64,000 bases of DNA, taken from Clostridia bacterium (lineage in GTDB: Bacteria; Bacillota; Clostridia; TANB77; CAG-508). The position numbers and the translations under genes were made by a program. The notes under the pieces are model-generated. The model had not been told where the DNA came from. It was given only the letters and a program-made list of their open reading frames with translations, and made no database searches. Within the stretch, counting starts at the first letter, position 1, and every line of letters starts with the position of its first letter. The stretch spans positions 5,191 to 69,190 of the forward strand of contig JAAWKD010000004.1 in assembly GCA_022797215.1 (NCBI GenBank). The letters run 5' to 3'. Shown here in pieces: positions 9,239 through 18,703 of the stretch.

Positions 9239-9724
9239 ATGTCTATTTTCAAAATCAATTCTCGCATCCGTCAGGTCGGTACCTTTCTGAAGGTCAACCC
9301 CAAGAAGTTCCACATCATCTTTAAAAGCACCAGCGAAAGCTTTTTCCTCAATCCGGGGATCGCTCTGAACTGGACAGATGAGTTGGATATGCAGGAGCTG
9401 GACATTATCCTGCAGCTTCTGGACATTTCTGGCAATGGTTGGCAGGATGAACTACTCGGCAAAAAGGCTTGCTTGATTGTTGAGAGTAAGGAACATGACG
9501 ACGGCACGCTCGGCATTGAGATTAAGGCAATTGGACGCCCTGAGAAAAAGCAGAAGAAAACCAAGGACAAGAAAAACCAAGAAGCAAAAGACACCCAGAA
9601 GACAGACATCGATGTTGATGAAGAGGAAAACAGCCTCAACGGCATGTTCCTTGTTCTGAACAGCGGAGTCCAGCTACTTCCTTACGAGAAAGCCATGGAG
9701 CTTATCGAAAAGAAGAAGCATTAA
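9239..9724 (+). CDS. Hypothetical 161 aa protein encoded by a compositionally foreign (higher G+C, CTG/AAG-rich) gene
   Basis: AGGGAGG RBS 8 nt upstream, own promoter and terminator. About 43-47% G+C by hand count against very AT-rich flanks. Lys/Glu-rich linker (EKKQKKTKDKKNQEAKD). No family recognised. Confidence 0.65.
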   Translation: MSIFKINSRIRQVGTFLKVNPKKFHIIFKSTSESFFLNPGIALNWTDELDMQELDIILQLLDISGNGWQDELLGKKACLIVESKEHDDGTLGIEIKAIGRPEKKQKKTKDKKNQEAKDTQKTDIDVDEEENSLNGMFLVLNSGVQLLPYEKAMELIEKKKH

Positions 9725-9756
9725 TTACAACAGTATCACGCAACTTATCCTAGCAA

Positions 9757-9789
9757 GAAGAGGCGATTGGTAATCGCTTCTTCTTTTTT
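9757..9789 (+). terminator. Rho-independent terminator of the 9239 ORF
   Basis: GAAGAGGCGATT-GGT-AATCGCTTCTTC stem-loop followed by TTTTTT. Confidence 0.7.
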
Positions 9790-9795
9790 GAATTT

Positions 9796-10290
9796 TTAAG
9801 GATAATCATTTTGGAGTTTTTTTAGAGCATGTACCCCCTTTTCTCCTTCAGCTGCAAATATTGCTACATAACCTGAATTCATTTCTATTCCTAAACCGAA
9901 TTTATTTGGAAATTCCTTTTCTTCAGGTGGTGCCTTATCATATTTAATATCTTTTCGATACTTTTTCACGGCAAGAAAACCACATATCGCACTAATAGCA
10001 GACAGTAATAATCCCCATAAAGTTGTTTCTAATAAATAAATAGAAAAAATCCCTGTAATTATACAAGTAATTGTATATCTTTTTATCCAGCTATTTTTAT
10101 TATATTGTTCCATAGATTCATATTGTTTCTTTGCTTCCTCATATTTTAATTTTTCTATATCATGAGCTTTTTTCTCTTTATTTTGAAATCTAAAAATCCA
10201 AGTTCTTGATATATTCGAAATTTTTAAAATTTCGTTTCCATAACATATACTATTTTTATCAATCTCTATATTACTACTAAACTTTGCCAC
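9796..10290 (-). CDS. Hypothetical membrane protein (164 aa, two central TM helices)
   Basis: ORF with hydrophobic segments ITCIITGIFSIYLL and WGLLLSAISAICGFLAV; no family recognised. Confidence 0.45.
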   Translation of the reverse strand: MAKFSSNIEIDKNSICYGNEILKISNISRTWIFRFQNKEKKAHDIEKLKYEEAKKQYESMEQYNKNSWIKRYTITCIITGIFSIYLLETTLWGLLLSAISAICGFLAVKKYRKDIKYDKAPPEEKEFPNKFGLGIEMNSGYVAIFAAEGEKGVHALKKLQNDYP

Positions 10291-10324
10291 ATCTATTTCC
10301 TCTATTTTCTTTTATAACTATTCT

Positions 10325-10819
10325 TTATAGCTGATTTAATGTCAAGTATTTTTCTAATGCATCTACATTCATAATAAAGAACTTATTTCGATTATTTCTT
10401 AGTAATTCTGCTAACTCTTCAATTGCTATCCATCTAATATGCCTTGACTCATTAGTTTCTGTTACAGGTTCTCCTTCTGCTTCACAGATAAAATGATTAC
10501 ATATTATTGAATATGCATTTTCTAAGTTTTGTGTCACACAGAAGGGCATAAAATTTATTGTACTAGTTTCTTCACTATATTTCTTTTCCTCTTCTCCATA
10601 TATCTTAGTAACCTTTAGCCCAGTCTCTTCAAACACTTCTCTTCTTACTGTATCATAAGCATCTTCATATTCTCTTATTTTTCCTGCTGGTAATTCATAT
10701 AAGCCATTCGTTTCGTCTCCATCTTCTTTCCATCTTTCTTGAACAATAATATGCTTTTTACCATTTATCTCTCTTTCTACAATGGCTCCTATAGCAGGTT
10801 TTGCAAACTTTTCTTCCAT
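10325..10819 (-). CDS. NUDIX hydrolase
   Basis: Nudix box GKIREYEDAYDTVRREVFEETGL. Confidence 0.8.
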   Translation of the reverse strand: MEEKFAKPAIGAIVEREINGKKHIIVQERWKEDGDETNGLYELPAGKIREYEDAYDTVRREVFEETGLKVTKIYGEEEKKYSEETSTINFMPFCVTQNLENAYSIICNHFICEAEGEPVTETNESRHIRWIAIEELAELLRNNRNKFFIMNVDALEKYLTLNQL

Positions 10820-10864
10820 TTTATCTCCAACCTTATTAATTTATTTTAATGAGCTTAAAACCTA

Positions 10865-11002
10865 TCAATAACTTAAATTTTATAATAGCAAAATGCTGAC
10901 ATTGGCATTTTTACTTCTGCCAGTATTTACTTGCAATATGCTATTAAATGAACTTTCTTCTATTTTCCACAACAGTTCTTATACTTCTTTCCTAAACCAC
11001 AA
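10865..11002 (-). pseudogene. Displaced remnant copy of the secA 3' end and its downstream region
   Basis: Aligns by eye with 14241-14358, with one roughly 25 nt indel. It retains [13 protein letters not shown]-stop, against [15 protein letters not shown]-stop in the real secA. A stop lies just upstream, so it is not a gene. Confidence 0.65.
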
Positions 11003-11224
11003 GCTCTCAAAAGCAAAAAAATTTTGTCTTTTCTTCAATTTTATTAACCTTTGCTATCGCCACAATCTTGCTTAGGACAAAGAACATTTAAAGTTTATCA
11101 TCATTTATTAACATTTGTTATCTTTTATCAAAAGTTACTTAATAATGACAAATTGCCGACAATATTATCTTTTTATTTATAATATCTTATTTTTTCTTTT
11201 TACACAATAGTTTAAATATAAAAA

Positions 11225-11722
11225 TTAAATATTCTTTTTATCCAGATATTCTAAACACTTTTTTTCTAACTTTTTAAAATCACATATATTAAATCTTTTT
11301 CTACTTACTTCATTTAATCCTAATTTATATACTTGATTTGCTAACTTTTTAATCTTCTCTCTATTTATATTACAATAGTGTAATTCTTTTCTTAATAAAA
11401 CTTGATACTTTTCATCTTCTTTAGAAAAATCTTTTTGATTTAAGTATTCTATTGGACATGGAAACATAAAAGAAAATCTTAATGAAGATATCGGTTTTAG
11501 TTCTTTTGTCTTTTTATCTTTATCCATAATTAAAAATGTAGTATGAGCCTTTTTGTTATAAGAAGAAACTGGAGCAAAATAATTAAAATTATTTATTGTA
11601 AGTACTATTCCACAAAAGAATTTTTTATGTTTTTCATATTCAATATTAGGAATCTTATTATCACCATTTTCTTTTAAATATTTTATATATTCAATATCTA
11701 CTTCATAAAATTTTAATTTCAT
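11225..11722 (-). CDS. toxN: Type III toxin-antitoxin system ToxN/AbiQ-family endoribonuclease toxin
   Basis: 165 aa. MKLKFYEVDIEYIKYLKENGDNKIPN, FFCGIVLTINNFNYFAPVSS, LRFSFMFPC and NICDFKKLEKK align with my recollection of ToxN (KFYTISSKYIEYLKEFDDKVPN, FIGIVLEIQGHKYLAPLTS, LKFMIPI, CNFSLLEEK). Confidence 0.8.
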   Translation of the reverse strand: MKLKFYEVDIEYIKYLKENGDNKIPNIEYEKHKKFFCGIVLTINNFNYFAPVSSYNKKAHTTFLIMDKDKKTKELKPISSLRFSFMFPCPIEYLNQKDFSKEDEKYQVLLRKELHYCNINREKIKKLANQVYKLGLNEVSRKRFNICDFKKLEKKCLEYLDKKNI

Positions 11723-11794
11723 TGCAACATCTCCTTATAACATAAAAATGAGGATTAAAACCTAAATTTTAACCCCCATCAATTAAATTATGCT

Positions 11795-11925
11795 ATTTTG
11801 TTTTGAGTTAGCATTAACTCGAATATATTGTTCACTATATTTCATGAGGTGTGAAACCTCGAATATATCGTTCGCCATTTTTGATTGAGTTGCGAAACAC
11901 TCGAATTATAAATAGCTATTCTCTT
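11795..11925 (-). ncRNA. toxI: ToxI/antiQ-like tandem-repeat antitoxin RNA (about 3 units of 40-42 nt)
   Basis: The plus-strand motif CTCGAAT(A/T)TA recurs at 11818, 11858 and 11900, each preceded by (T)TGAG(G/T)T..GAAAC. A hairpin plus T-run (about 11740-11775, minus strand) separates the repeats from toxN, as in ToxIN loci. Confidence 0.55.
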
Positions 11926-12017
11926 TTAGTATATTTATTATACTATTTTTTTATTCATTATGTCAATAATTTCAAGAAAATTTATTATATTTTACAGATC
12001 CCATTTATTGGTGGGGA

Positions 12018-12647
12018 TTACCTTATTTCTATATTGTTTTCTTTTAAAAGTTCTATTACATCATCTGAATCATTAGAATTGACTCTTCTTCCATTTATTC
12101 CAATAAAATTTGCAACTTCTAAAGTTTTATTAGTATCGTCATCATCAATTAGTATACATTCTTCGGCATTTAGAGAATATCTTTCCAATAGTAATTCAAA
12201 TATTTTTGAATCCGGTTTTTTTATTCCTTCATATGCAGACACAATTGCTCCATCTACCATAGTGAAAAATTCATATTTTTTAGAAAAATATTCAAAAGTA
12301 GCTTTTGACATATTTGACAAAATATATATGTTATAACCTTTTTGTTTTAACCTCTTTCCTATTTCCATTGTTTCAAAATTTACATTACATTTAGTAAACC
12401 AATTTAGCATAAAATTTTCAACTTCATCATAGTTGGTTACATCTACAAGTTTTTCTTCTTTTATAGCATTCGCTATTTCTAAATTATTCATTTTTCCTAA
12501 GTCCATTAGTTTCCAAAATTCTGACTTGAAAATATATTCGTTAAAATTTATGGCATCTTTTTCTTCTTTAAAAAATTCTTTTACTATCTCTATATTGGGA
12601 TTTTGTACAATTACATTACCCAAATCGAAAATTATATTTTTTATCAT
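12018..12647 (-). CDS. HAD-superfamily hydrolase
   Basis: N-terminal IIFDLGNV (DxD-type motif I), GIKKPDSKIFELL and ILIDDDDTN motifs. Confidence 0.8.
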   Translation of the reverse strand: MIKNIIFDLGNVIVQNPNIEIVKEFFKEEKDAINFNEYIFKSEFWKLMDLGKMNNLEIANAIKEEKLVDVTNYDEVENFMLNWFTKCNVNFETMEIGKRLKQKGYNIYILSNMSKATFEYFSKKYEFFTMVDGAIVSAYEGIKKPDSKIFELLLERYSLNAEECILIDDDDTNKTLEVANFIGINGRRVNSNDSDDVIELLKENNIEIR

Positions 12648-12725
12648 ATTTACCTCGTATAATTAAAACATACAAAATATCGTAATTATACTCTCCTTTC
12701 TTTTTAAATTTTGTATAATATATTT

Positions 12726-12800
12726 GCACTGTGGATTTGTTCCTATTTTTCTACAGCTTTGACTGTTTTTGGAGGCTCAAACCACAGATTTTTTATTTTA
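12726..12800 (+). ncRNA. Candidate IS110 bridge/seek RNA in the left non-coding end
   Basis: TGTATAAT extended -10 at 12712-12719. Long-range stem CACTGTGGATTTG (12727-12739) pairs with CAAACCACAG (12778-12787), enclosing internal loops, then ATTTTTTATTTT. Confidence 0.35.
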
Positions 12801-12915
12801 ATTGTTGATTAGTTAGTTAACACTTTGATGTTTTATTATAATCGCGAGGATACAAGGTAGAAAGTTTTGTGGCAAACAAACAGTGCTAAAAATCTAACCA
12901 AGGAGGTGCATGTAT

Positions 12916-14076
12916 ATGATATATGTTGGAATAGATATATCTAAATACAAACACGATTGTTTCATCTGCAATGACTTAGGTGAAATTATCGTAGAAAACT
13001 TATCTTTTGAAAATACTAAAAAAGGATTTCAACAATTTCTTGATTTGCTGAAACCCTATGATAACTCTAATGTCCACATCGGTTTAGAAGCTACTGGACA
13101 TTATGGTTTGAATTTGAAATTGTTTTTAGAAAAAAACAATTATACTTTTATGGAATTTAATCCTCTTTTAGTTAAAGAATTTTCTAAATCTTTATCTTTA
13201 AGAAAGACTAAAACTGATAAAGTTGATGCAATGACCATTGCTCAAAAACTTTTATCTGTTCCATATAAGCCAAATTCAAAACTATTTTATCATAAATATT
13301 CAATGAAATCACTATCTAGATTAAGAGAAACTTTAGTTAAGCAAAGAAGTAAGTATATGGTTCAAATGACTAATGTTCTTGATATTATTTTTCCAGAATT
13401 TAAACCTTTCTTTAGCAATAGATTTTCAGCTACATCTTTGTATATCCTTGAAAAATATAAATCACCAGATAAAATTGCTAATATGAAAGACTTTGATACT
13501 TTAAAATCATTATCTCGTAGTCATTTTACTTATTCAAAATTCATTAAATTAAAAGATTTAGCTAAAAACACCATTGGAGAATCTAATGAAGTATTTGAAT
13601 TACAATTACAAATTCTTCTTAATCTGTATAAAGAAATTGATATTAAAATTGATTCAATAGATAATCAAATTTCTACAATTGTCAAGGAACTTAATCCACC
13701 AACGCTTTCTATTCCAGGAATTGGTGTAAATTCTTGTGCTACAATCATTTCTGAATTTGGAGACATTTCTAAATTTCCTAATCCTAGTAAAATGCTTTCT
13801 TTTGCTGGATTAGAACCAGGTATTATTGAGTCTGGTACTATGTCTTCAAAAGGAAAAATGGTTAAGCGTGGTTCTGGCTATTTATGCTATGCTTTAATGA
13901 ATGTAGCAATGGTTGTTATTGCAAATAACCATATATTCTATGACTTTTATTTTAAGAAACGTACTGAAGGTAAATGTCATAGAGTTGCTTTATCTCATGT
14001 GTGTAAAAAACTAATTAGAGTTATTTACATTCTTGAAACTAAAAATATATCTTTTGATCCATCTTTATTAAGATAA
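12916..14076 (+). CDS. IS110-family transposase
   Basis: N-terminal IYVGIDISKYKHD (DEDD/RuvC-like domain), C-terminal IPGIG...FGDISKF...FAGLEPG...SG... motif. The AAGGAGG RBS favours the ATG at 12916 over 12910. Confidence 0.85.
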   Translation: MIYVGIDISKYKHDCFICNDLGEIIVENLSFENTKKGFQQFLDLLKPYDNSNVHIGLEATGHYGLNLKLFLEKNNYTFMEFNPLLVKEFSKSLSLRKTKTDKVDAMTIAQKLLSVPYKPNSKLFYHKYSMKSLSRLRETLVKQRSKYMVQMTNVLDIIFPEFKPFFSNRFSATSLYILEKYKSPDKIANMKDFDTLKSLSRSHFTYSKFIKLKDLAKNTIGESNEVFELQLQILLNLYKEIDIKIDSIDNQISTIVKELNPPTLSIPGIGVNSCATIISEFGDISKFPNPSKMLSFAGLEPGIIESGTMSSKGKMVKRGSGYLCYALMNVAMVVIANNHIFYDFYFKKRTEGKCHRVALSHVCKKLIRVIYILETKNISFDPSLLR

Positions 14077-14314
14077 ATCAATTTATCTTAAATCTTTAAA
14101 AAAATTAATTTTTAAAGATTTATTTAGCATGCAAATTTTTTAATAAAAAACTTTTTTAATTTTTTTCGGAAATAACTATTGACTTTTAATAGTTAGCCTC
14201 TAATTTTGTCGATTTATTTGTATACTCTATCTAAAAACTGTCAACAACTTAAAATTTAGGATGACAAAATGCTGACATTTGCCTTTTTTACATCTCTGCA
14301 ACCGCTGTAATAGG

Positions 14315-17056
14315 CTATTTTCCGCAACAATTCTTATACTTCTTTCCTGAACCACAAGGACAAGCGTCATTTCTTCCTACATTTGGTGCAGTATTAACAA
14401 CTGTCATATTTCCACCTGATTTTCTAGGAGCTTGTGTATCTAAATCTCTTAATGTATCTTCAAATCCTTCTCCTGTAATTTTGACTGAAGTTGTTCTTTG
14501 TAAGTTCTCTTCTCTTTTTCTAGCATTCATCAAGAATTTGATAACATCTGTCTGAATATCTAAATTCATTTGGTCAAACATGTCTGCCCCTTCCATTCTG
14601 TATTGAACAACAGGGTCTTTTTGACCATAAGCACGAAGACCAATACCATTTTTCAGTTCGTCCATTGCCTCAATATGGTCCATCCATCTATCATCAACAA
14701 TTTTTAACATAATAACTCTTTCAAGTTCTCTCATGTTATCGCTACCTATTTCTTGTTCTTTTTGCTCATAAATTTGATGTGCTTTTTCTTTTAGTTCTTG
14801 AGTTACTTCATTTAATACAATCTTATCTTTTTTAGTAGACTCTAATTCTGTAATACCAAAGTTAATAGCTATTTCTTGCATAAATGCATCCAAATTAAAA
14901 TCGGCTACTTCTGATAAGTATTCCATAGCGGTATCTTCCACTAAATTATCTATCATATTTAATACATTAGTCTTTAAATCTTCTCCATCAAGAACTCTTC
15001 TTCTTTGATCATAAATAGTTCCTCTTTGAACATTCATAACATCATCATATTGTAGAACATTTTTACGAATACTAAAGTTTTGTCCTTCTACCTTCTTTTG
15101 AGCAGTTTCTACTGCATTAGAAAGTAATTTAGATTCTAGTGGCATATCCTCGTCTGCACCCAATGTGTTATATACTCTAGTAATCGCATCTCCACCAAAT
15201 ATTTTCATTAAATCATCATCTAATGCAATATAAAACCTTGACTCTCCTGGATCTCCTTGACGTCCACTACGTCCACGAAGCTGATTATCAATTCTTCTAG
15301 ATTCATGTCTTTCTGTACCAATAATCTTTAGTCCACCTGCTGCAAGTACCTTTTCTTTTTCTTCTTTAATTTCTTGATTAAATTTCTCTTCTAGCTCTTT
15401 GAATTTCTTTCTTGCCTCTAAAATATTTTGATCTTGTGTTTCATTAAAAGCTGTTGCTTGTTCTAGTTGTTCTTCTGTATATCTTTGTCTTCTCATTTCT
15501 TGTTTTGCTAGATATTCACTATTACCACCAAGCATAATATCAGTACCACGACCTGCCATGTTTGTTGCAATTGTAACAGCTCCATATTTACCTGCTTGTG
15601 CAATGATTTCAGCTTCTTTTTCATGGAATTTAGCGTTTAATACTTCATGTTTAATTCCTTCTTTTTTTAGCAAGTTACTCAATTTTTCAGATTTTTCAAT
15701 AGAAACTGTACCAACTAGAACTGGTTGTCCTTTTTCATGACTTTCTTTAATATCTTGAATCACTGCTCTAAATTTAGCATCTTCATTTTTATAAATGATA
15801 TCATGATGGTCATCACGAATCATTGGCTTATTGGTTGGAATTTCAATAACATCTAAATGATAGATTTCTTCAAATTCCTCTTCTTCTGTCATCGCAGTAC
15901 CAGTCATACCAGATAACTTATCATACATTCTAAAGTAGTTTTGGAAGGTAATGGTTGCAAGTGTTTTAGATTCATCTGCAATTTTAACATGTTCTTTTGC
16001 TTCAATTGCTTGATGTAGTCCATTATTATATCTTCTTCCATACATGATACGTCCTGTAAATTCATCTACAATTAATACTTCTCCATCTTTTACGATATAA
16101 TCAATATCTTTTTTCATAATACCATGTGCTCTTAAAGCTTGGTTAACGTTATGCACTAATTCAGAATTTTCAATATCATTGAAGTTTTCTAAATTAAATT
16201 CTCTTTCTGCTTTTTCAATACCCTTTTGTGTCAAAGAAGCTGATTTTGCCTTCAAATCAACAATGTAGTCATAGTTTTCATTGTCTTCTGCTTGTTCTTC
16301 ATCTTTTAAATCTTCTTCTACAATAACTTTTGGTGTTAGTCTTCTAACAAAGTTATCAGCCTTTTTATATAAATCTGATGACTGTGTTCCACGTCCAGAA
16401 ATAATAAGTGGTGTACGAGCCTCGTCTACTAAAATACTATCAATTTCGTCAACGATAGCATAATTTAATTCTCTTTGAACTAATTGCTCTTTGTAAATAA
16501 CCATATTATCTCTTAAATAGTCAAAACCAAATTCGTTGTTAGTACCATAAGTAACATCTGCATGGTATGCATCTCTTTTAGCCTCTGGTTCCATTCCTGC
16601 AACAACTAGTCCTACTGTTAATCCTAAAAATTTATATACTTTTCCCATCCATTCACTATCTCTTTTAGCTAGATAGTCATTAACTGTAATTACATGCACA
16701 CCTTTTCCTGTTAGAGCATTCAAATACACAGGTAATGTAGCAACTAATGTTTTACCTTCACCTGTTTTCATTTCTGCAATTCTTCCTTGATGAAGAATAA
16801 TACCACCAATTAATTGGACATCAAAGTGTCTCATTCCTAATACTCTTTTTGATGCCTCTCTAACAGTTGCAAATGCTTCTGGTAAAATGTCATCTAAAGT
16901 TTTACCTTCTTCTAATTGCTTTTTAAATTCTACTGTTTTGCCACATAATTGTTCATCTGTTAATTTTTGAAATTCTTCTTCTAAACTGTTAATCTTCTCT
17001 ACAATTGGCTTTACTCTCTTTACTTCCTTTTCACTGTATGTTTTAAATAATCCCAT
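14315..17056 (-). CDS. secA: Preprotein translocase ATPase SecA
   Basis: [14 protein letters not shown] Walker [30 protein letters not shown]-terminal zinc tail [15 protein letters not shown]. Confidence 0.97.
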   Translation of the reverse strand: MGLFKTYSEKEVKRVKPIVEKINSLEEEFQKLTDEQLCGKTVEFKKQLEEGKTLDDILPEAFATVREASKRVLGMRHFDVQLIGGIILHQGRIAEMKTGEGKTLVATLPVYLNALTGKGVHVITVNDYLAKRDSEWMGKVYKFLGLTVGLVVAGMEPEAKRDAYHADVTYGTNNEFGFDYLRDNMVIYKEQLVQRELNYAIVDEIDSILVDEARTPLIISGRGTQSSDLYKKADNFVRRLTPKVIVEEDLKDEEQAEDNENYDYIVDLKAKSASLTQKGIEKAEREFNLENFNDIENSELVHNVNQALRAHGIMKKDIDYIVKDGEVLIVDEFTGRIMYGRRYNNGLHQAIEAKEHVKIADESKTLATITFQNYFRMYDKLSGMTGTAMTEEEEFEEIYHLDVIEIPTNKPMIRDDHHDIIYKNEDAKFRAVIQDIKESHEKGQPVLVGTVSIEKSEKLSNLLKKEGIKHEVLNAKFHEKEAEIIAQAGKYGAVTIATNMAGRGTDIMLGGNSEYLAKQEMRRQRYTEEQLEQATAFNETQDQNILEARKKFKELEEKFNQEIKEEKEKVLAAGGLKIIGTERHESRRIDNQLRGRSGRQGDPGESRFYIALDDDLMKIFGGDAITRVYNTLGADEDMPLESKLLSNAVETAQKKVEGQNFSIRKNVLQYDDVMNVQRGTIYDQRRRVLDGEDLKTNVLNMIDNLVEDTAMEYLSEVADFNLDAFMQEIAINFGITELESTKKDKIVLNEVTQELKEKAHQIYEQKEQEIGSDNMRELERVIMLKIVDDRWMDHIEAMDELKNGIGLRAYGQKDPVVQYRMEGADMFDQMNLDIQTDVIKFLMNARKREENLQRTTSVKITGEGFEDTLRDLDTQAPRKSGGNMTVVNTAPNVGRNDACPCGSGKKYKNCCGK

Positions 17057-17133
17057 TGCTTTCATCCTTCCTAACTTTAATCATAATATTCTTTGTTACT
17101 ATATCACTTTTGCTAAAAAATCGCAAGGAAAAT

Positions 17134-17162
17134 TTGTAATTCCTATCATTTTATGCTATAAT
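17134..17162 (+). promoter_or_regulatory. Promoter of the 17250 ORF
   Basis: TTGTAA (17134-17139), 17 nt spacer ending TGC, TATAAT (17157-17162). Confidence 0.5.
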
Positions 17163-17249
17163 TTCTTCATTCTTCGTAGCCATGCGAAATATGTTAAATG
17201 GCAAGTAGCAAATATCCTTAAAAAATAATTTTTGAAGGGAGAAAATAAT

Positions 17250-18029
17250 ATGTTAAAAAAAATGAAGGAGTTTCGGAAGAGGCATTTTTATGGTACCTCA
17301 GCAGTGGCAGCAATTGCGTTGATGCTGTTTTTTGTATTCTTTGTACCTGTATACTTTGCGCCTATCGCTGTTAAACTTCCCTGTTTCAGTGCGTATGGTC
17401 TTGAACGAGTGAGAAATACTATTGGAGCGATTTCAACACTAACTTTTGTACTTATTATAGTTTTTCCTATTTGTTATTCCGACTATAAAGATTTCAAAGC
17501 AAAGAAAAAACTACAGAGGCGAACACTCTTGGACTATCAAAAGAAGTATCAATATTATGTGGATTTGGTTCAAAGTATACTATCTAAGCCAGAGTATAAA
17601 ACAATTGATTTGGACGAAACATGGGTAAAGGACTTTGACTTATATATTCAGTCTTTGGCACAAATTTGTAAGTCCTCTCGATTTGACTTTACGGATTTTG
17701 ATGTAGCATCCTGCTTAATGTGTGCTCTTATGTCCGTATTTTCTCGTACAGAAAAAAGATCTTGTAGCTTTGCTTTTGAGTGTGTACGAACGCTCATTTC
17801 TGAGCCTAAAGCATATGAAATCAGTTTTCTTTTGGGAGATGAGGCAGTTTTAGAAACGATATACAGTTATCAAAAAGTTGAGCTTTCTGCCCTTTCTTCC
17901 ACTTATGGAAATGCTTGGTTGCTTGCTACTTTGGAAAGCTGCTTTTATTCCAAAGCTTTAAGACACTCTTCTACTCTGACATTTGTCTCTGATTTTTTTA
18001 ACATGTTATATTGGCGATGTTATAAGTAA
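17250..18029 (+). CDS. Hypothetical membrane-anchored protein (259 aa from ATG 17250), from a compositionally atypical gene
   Basis: GAAGGGAG RBS. Two N-terminal TM helices, then a soluble Cys-containing domain. G+C is clearly above the flanks. Contains an in-frame CGG at 17274-17276. No family recognised. Confidence 0.6.
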   Translation: MLKKMKEFRKRHFYGTSAVAAIALMLFFVFFVPVYFAPIAVKLPCFSAYGLERVRNTIGAISTLTFVLIIVFPICYSDYKDFKAKKKLQRRTLLDYQKKYQYYVDLVQSILSKPEYKTIDLDETWVKDFDLYIQSLAQICKSSRFDFTDFDVASCLMCALMSVFSRTEKRSCSFAFECVRTLISEPKAYEISFLLGDEAVLETIYSYQKVELSALSSTYGNAWLLATLESCFYSKALRHSSTLTFVSDFFNMLYWRCYK

Positions 18030-18037
18030 CATAGCTC

Positions 18038-18091
18038 AAGTGAGAATTACCAAGAAAATAAATCTTCTTGAGTAATTCTCACTTATTTTTT
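18038..18091 (+). terminator. Strong rho-independent terminator
   Basis: AAGTGAGAATTAC (18038-18050) pairs perfectly with GTAATTCTCACTT (18072-18084), followed by ATTTTTT. Confidence 0.75.
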
Positions 18092-18157
18092 ATCTTCTAC
18101 GACATATCTTTCTTTCCTATTACATATATTTATAAAAACTAAAAAGGATGGAAATGT

Positions 18158-18703
18158 ATGTTTATTTGTAATTTAAAAGTTAATGGAAATAAGTTAGGTA
18201 AAATTTTATTAGGCTTGCTTTTTGTAGCTATTCTTATTATTACTGCAATCGTCTGTTATCGTATTTTAGGTAATAATTTTTTCAAAACAAACGATACGAT
18301 TAAATCAGAAGAAGTTCAAGAACTAAGCGTTAACAATTATACAAATGTTTTGAAGGCAGTTCATGAAAATACCAACCAGTATATTGACCAAAAAATCAAA
18401 TTTTCTGGTTTTGTTTATCGTATGATAGATTTTAAGCAAACACAATTTGTTTTAGGTAGAAATATGATTGTTTCTTCTGATTTCCAAACTGTTGTTGTAG
18501 GCTTTTTATGTGAATTTGAAGAAGCTATGAAATATGAAGATAATAGCTGGATAGAAATTGAAGGCAAAATCACAAAAGGAAATTATCATGGAGAAATGCC
18601 TATCCTTCAAATTGAAAAGATACAAAAAATAGAAAAGCCATCTGAAGAATATGTATATCCTCCTGATGACTCCTTTGTAACCACTTCTACTTCTGTATAT
18701 TAG
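18158..18703 (+). CDS. Membrane-anchored protein, DUF1980/TIGR03943-like C-terminal domain (tentative)
   Basis: N-terminal TM. C-terminal KIKFSGFVYRM...FVLGRNMI...WIEIEGKI pattern is reminiscent of that family. Confidence 0.4.
   Translation: MFICNLKVNGNKLGKILLGLLFVAILIITAIVCYRILGNNFFKTNDTIKSEEVQELSVNNYTNVLKAVHENTNQYIDQKIKFSGFVYRMIDFKQTQFVLGRNMIVSSDFQTVVVGFLCEFEEAMKYEDNSWIEIEGKITKGNYHGEMPILQIEKIQKIEKPSEEYVYPPDDSFVTTSTSVY

Larger units (their letters stand above)
12700..14235 (+). mobile_element. IS110-family insertion sequence (ends approximate)
   Basis: DEDD-type transposase preceded by about 200 nt of structured non-coding leader. The right side ends where the secA-3' repeat begins (14241). 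Confidence 0.6.

Noticed and set aside
9271-9659. 124-aa antisense ORF and 60-aa alternative-frame ORF inside the 9239-9724 gene. Likewise ORF 30356-30547 inside the 30217 gene.
   Set aside because: Higher G+C lowers stop-codon frequency in all frames. These ORFs lack an RBS and have Ser/Arg/Pro-rich, nonsense-like translations.
11851-12336. 161-aa plus-strand ORF.
   Set aside because: It starts inside the ToxI-like tandem repeats and then runs antisense through the HAD gene. The translation is low complexity. The repeats and the HAD gene explain it better.
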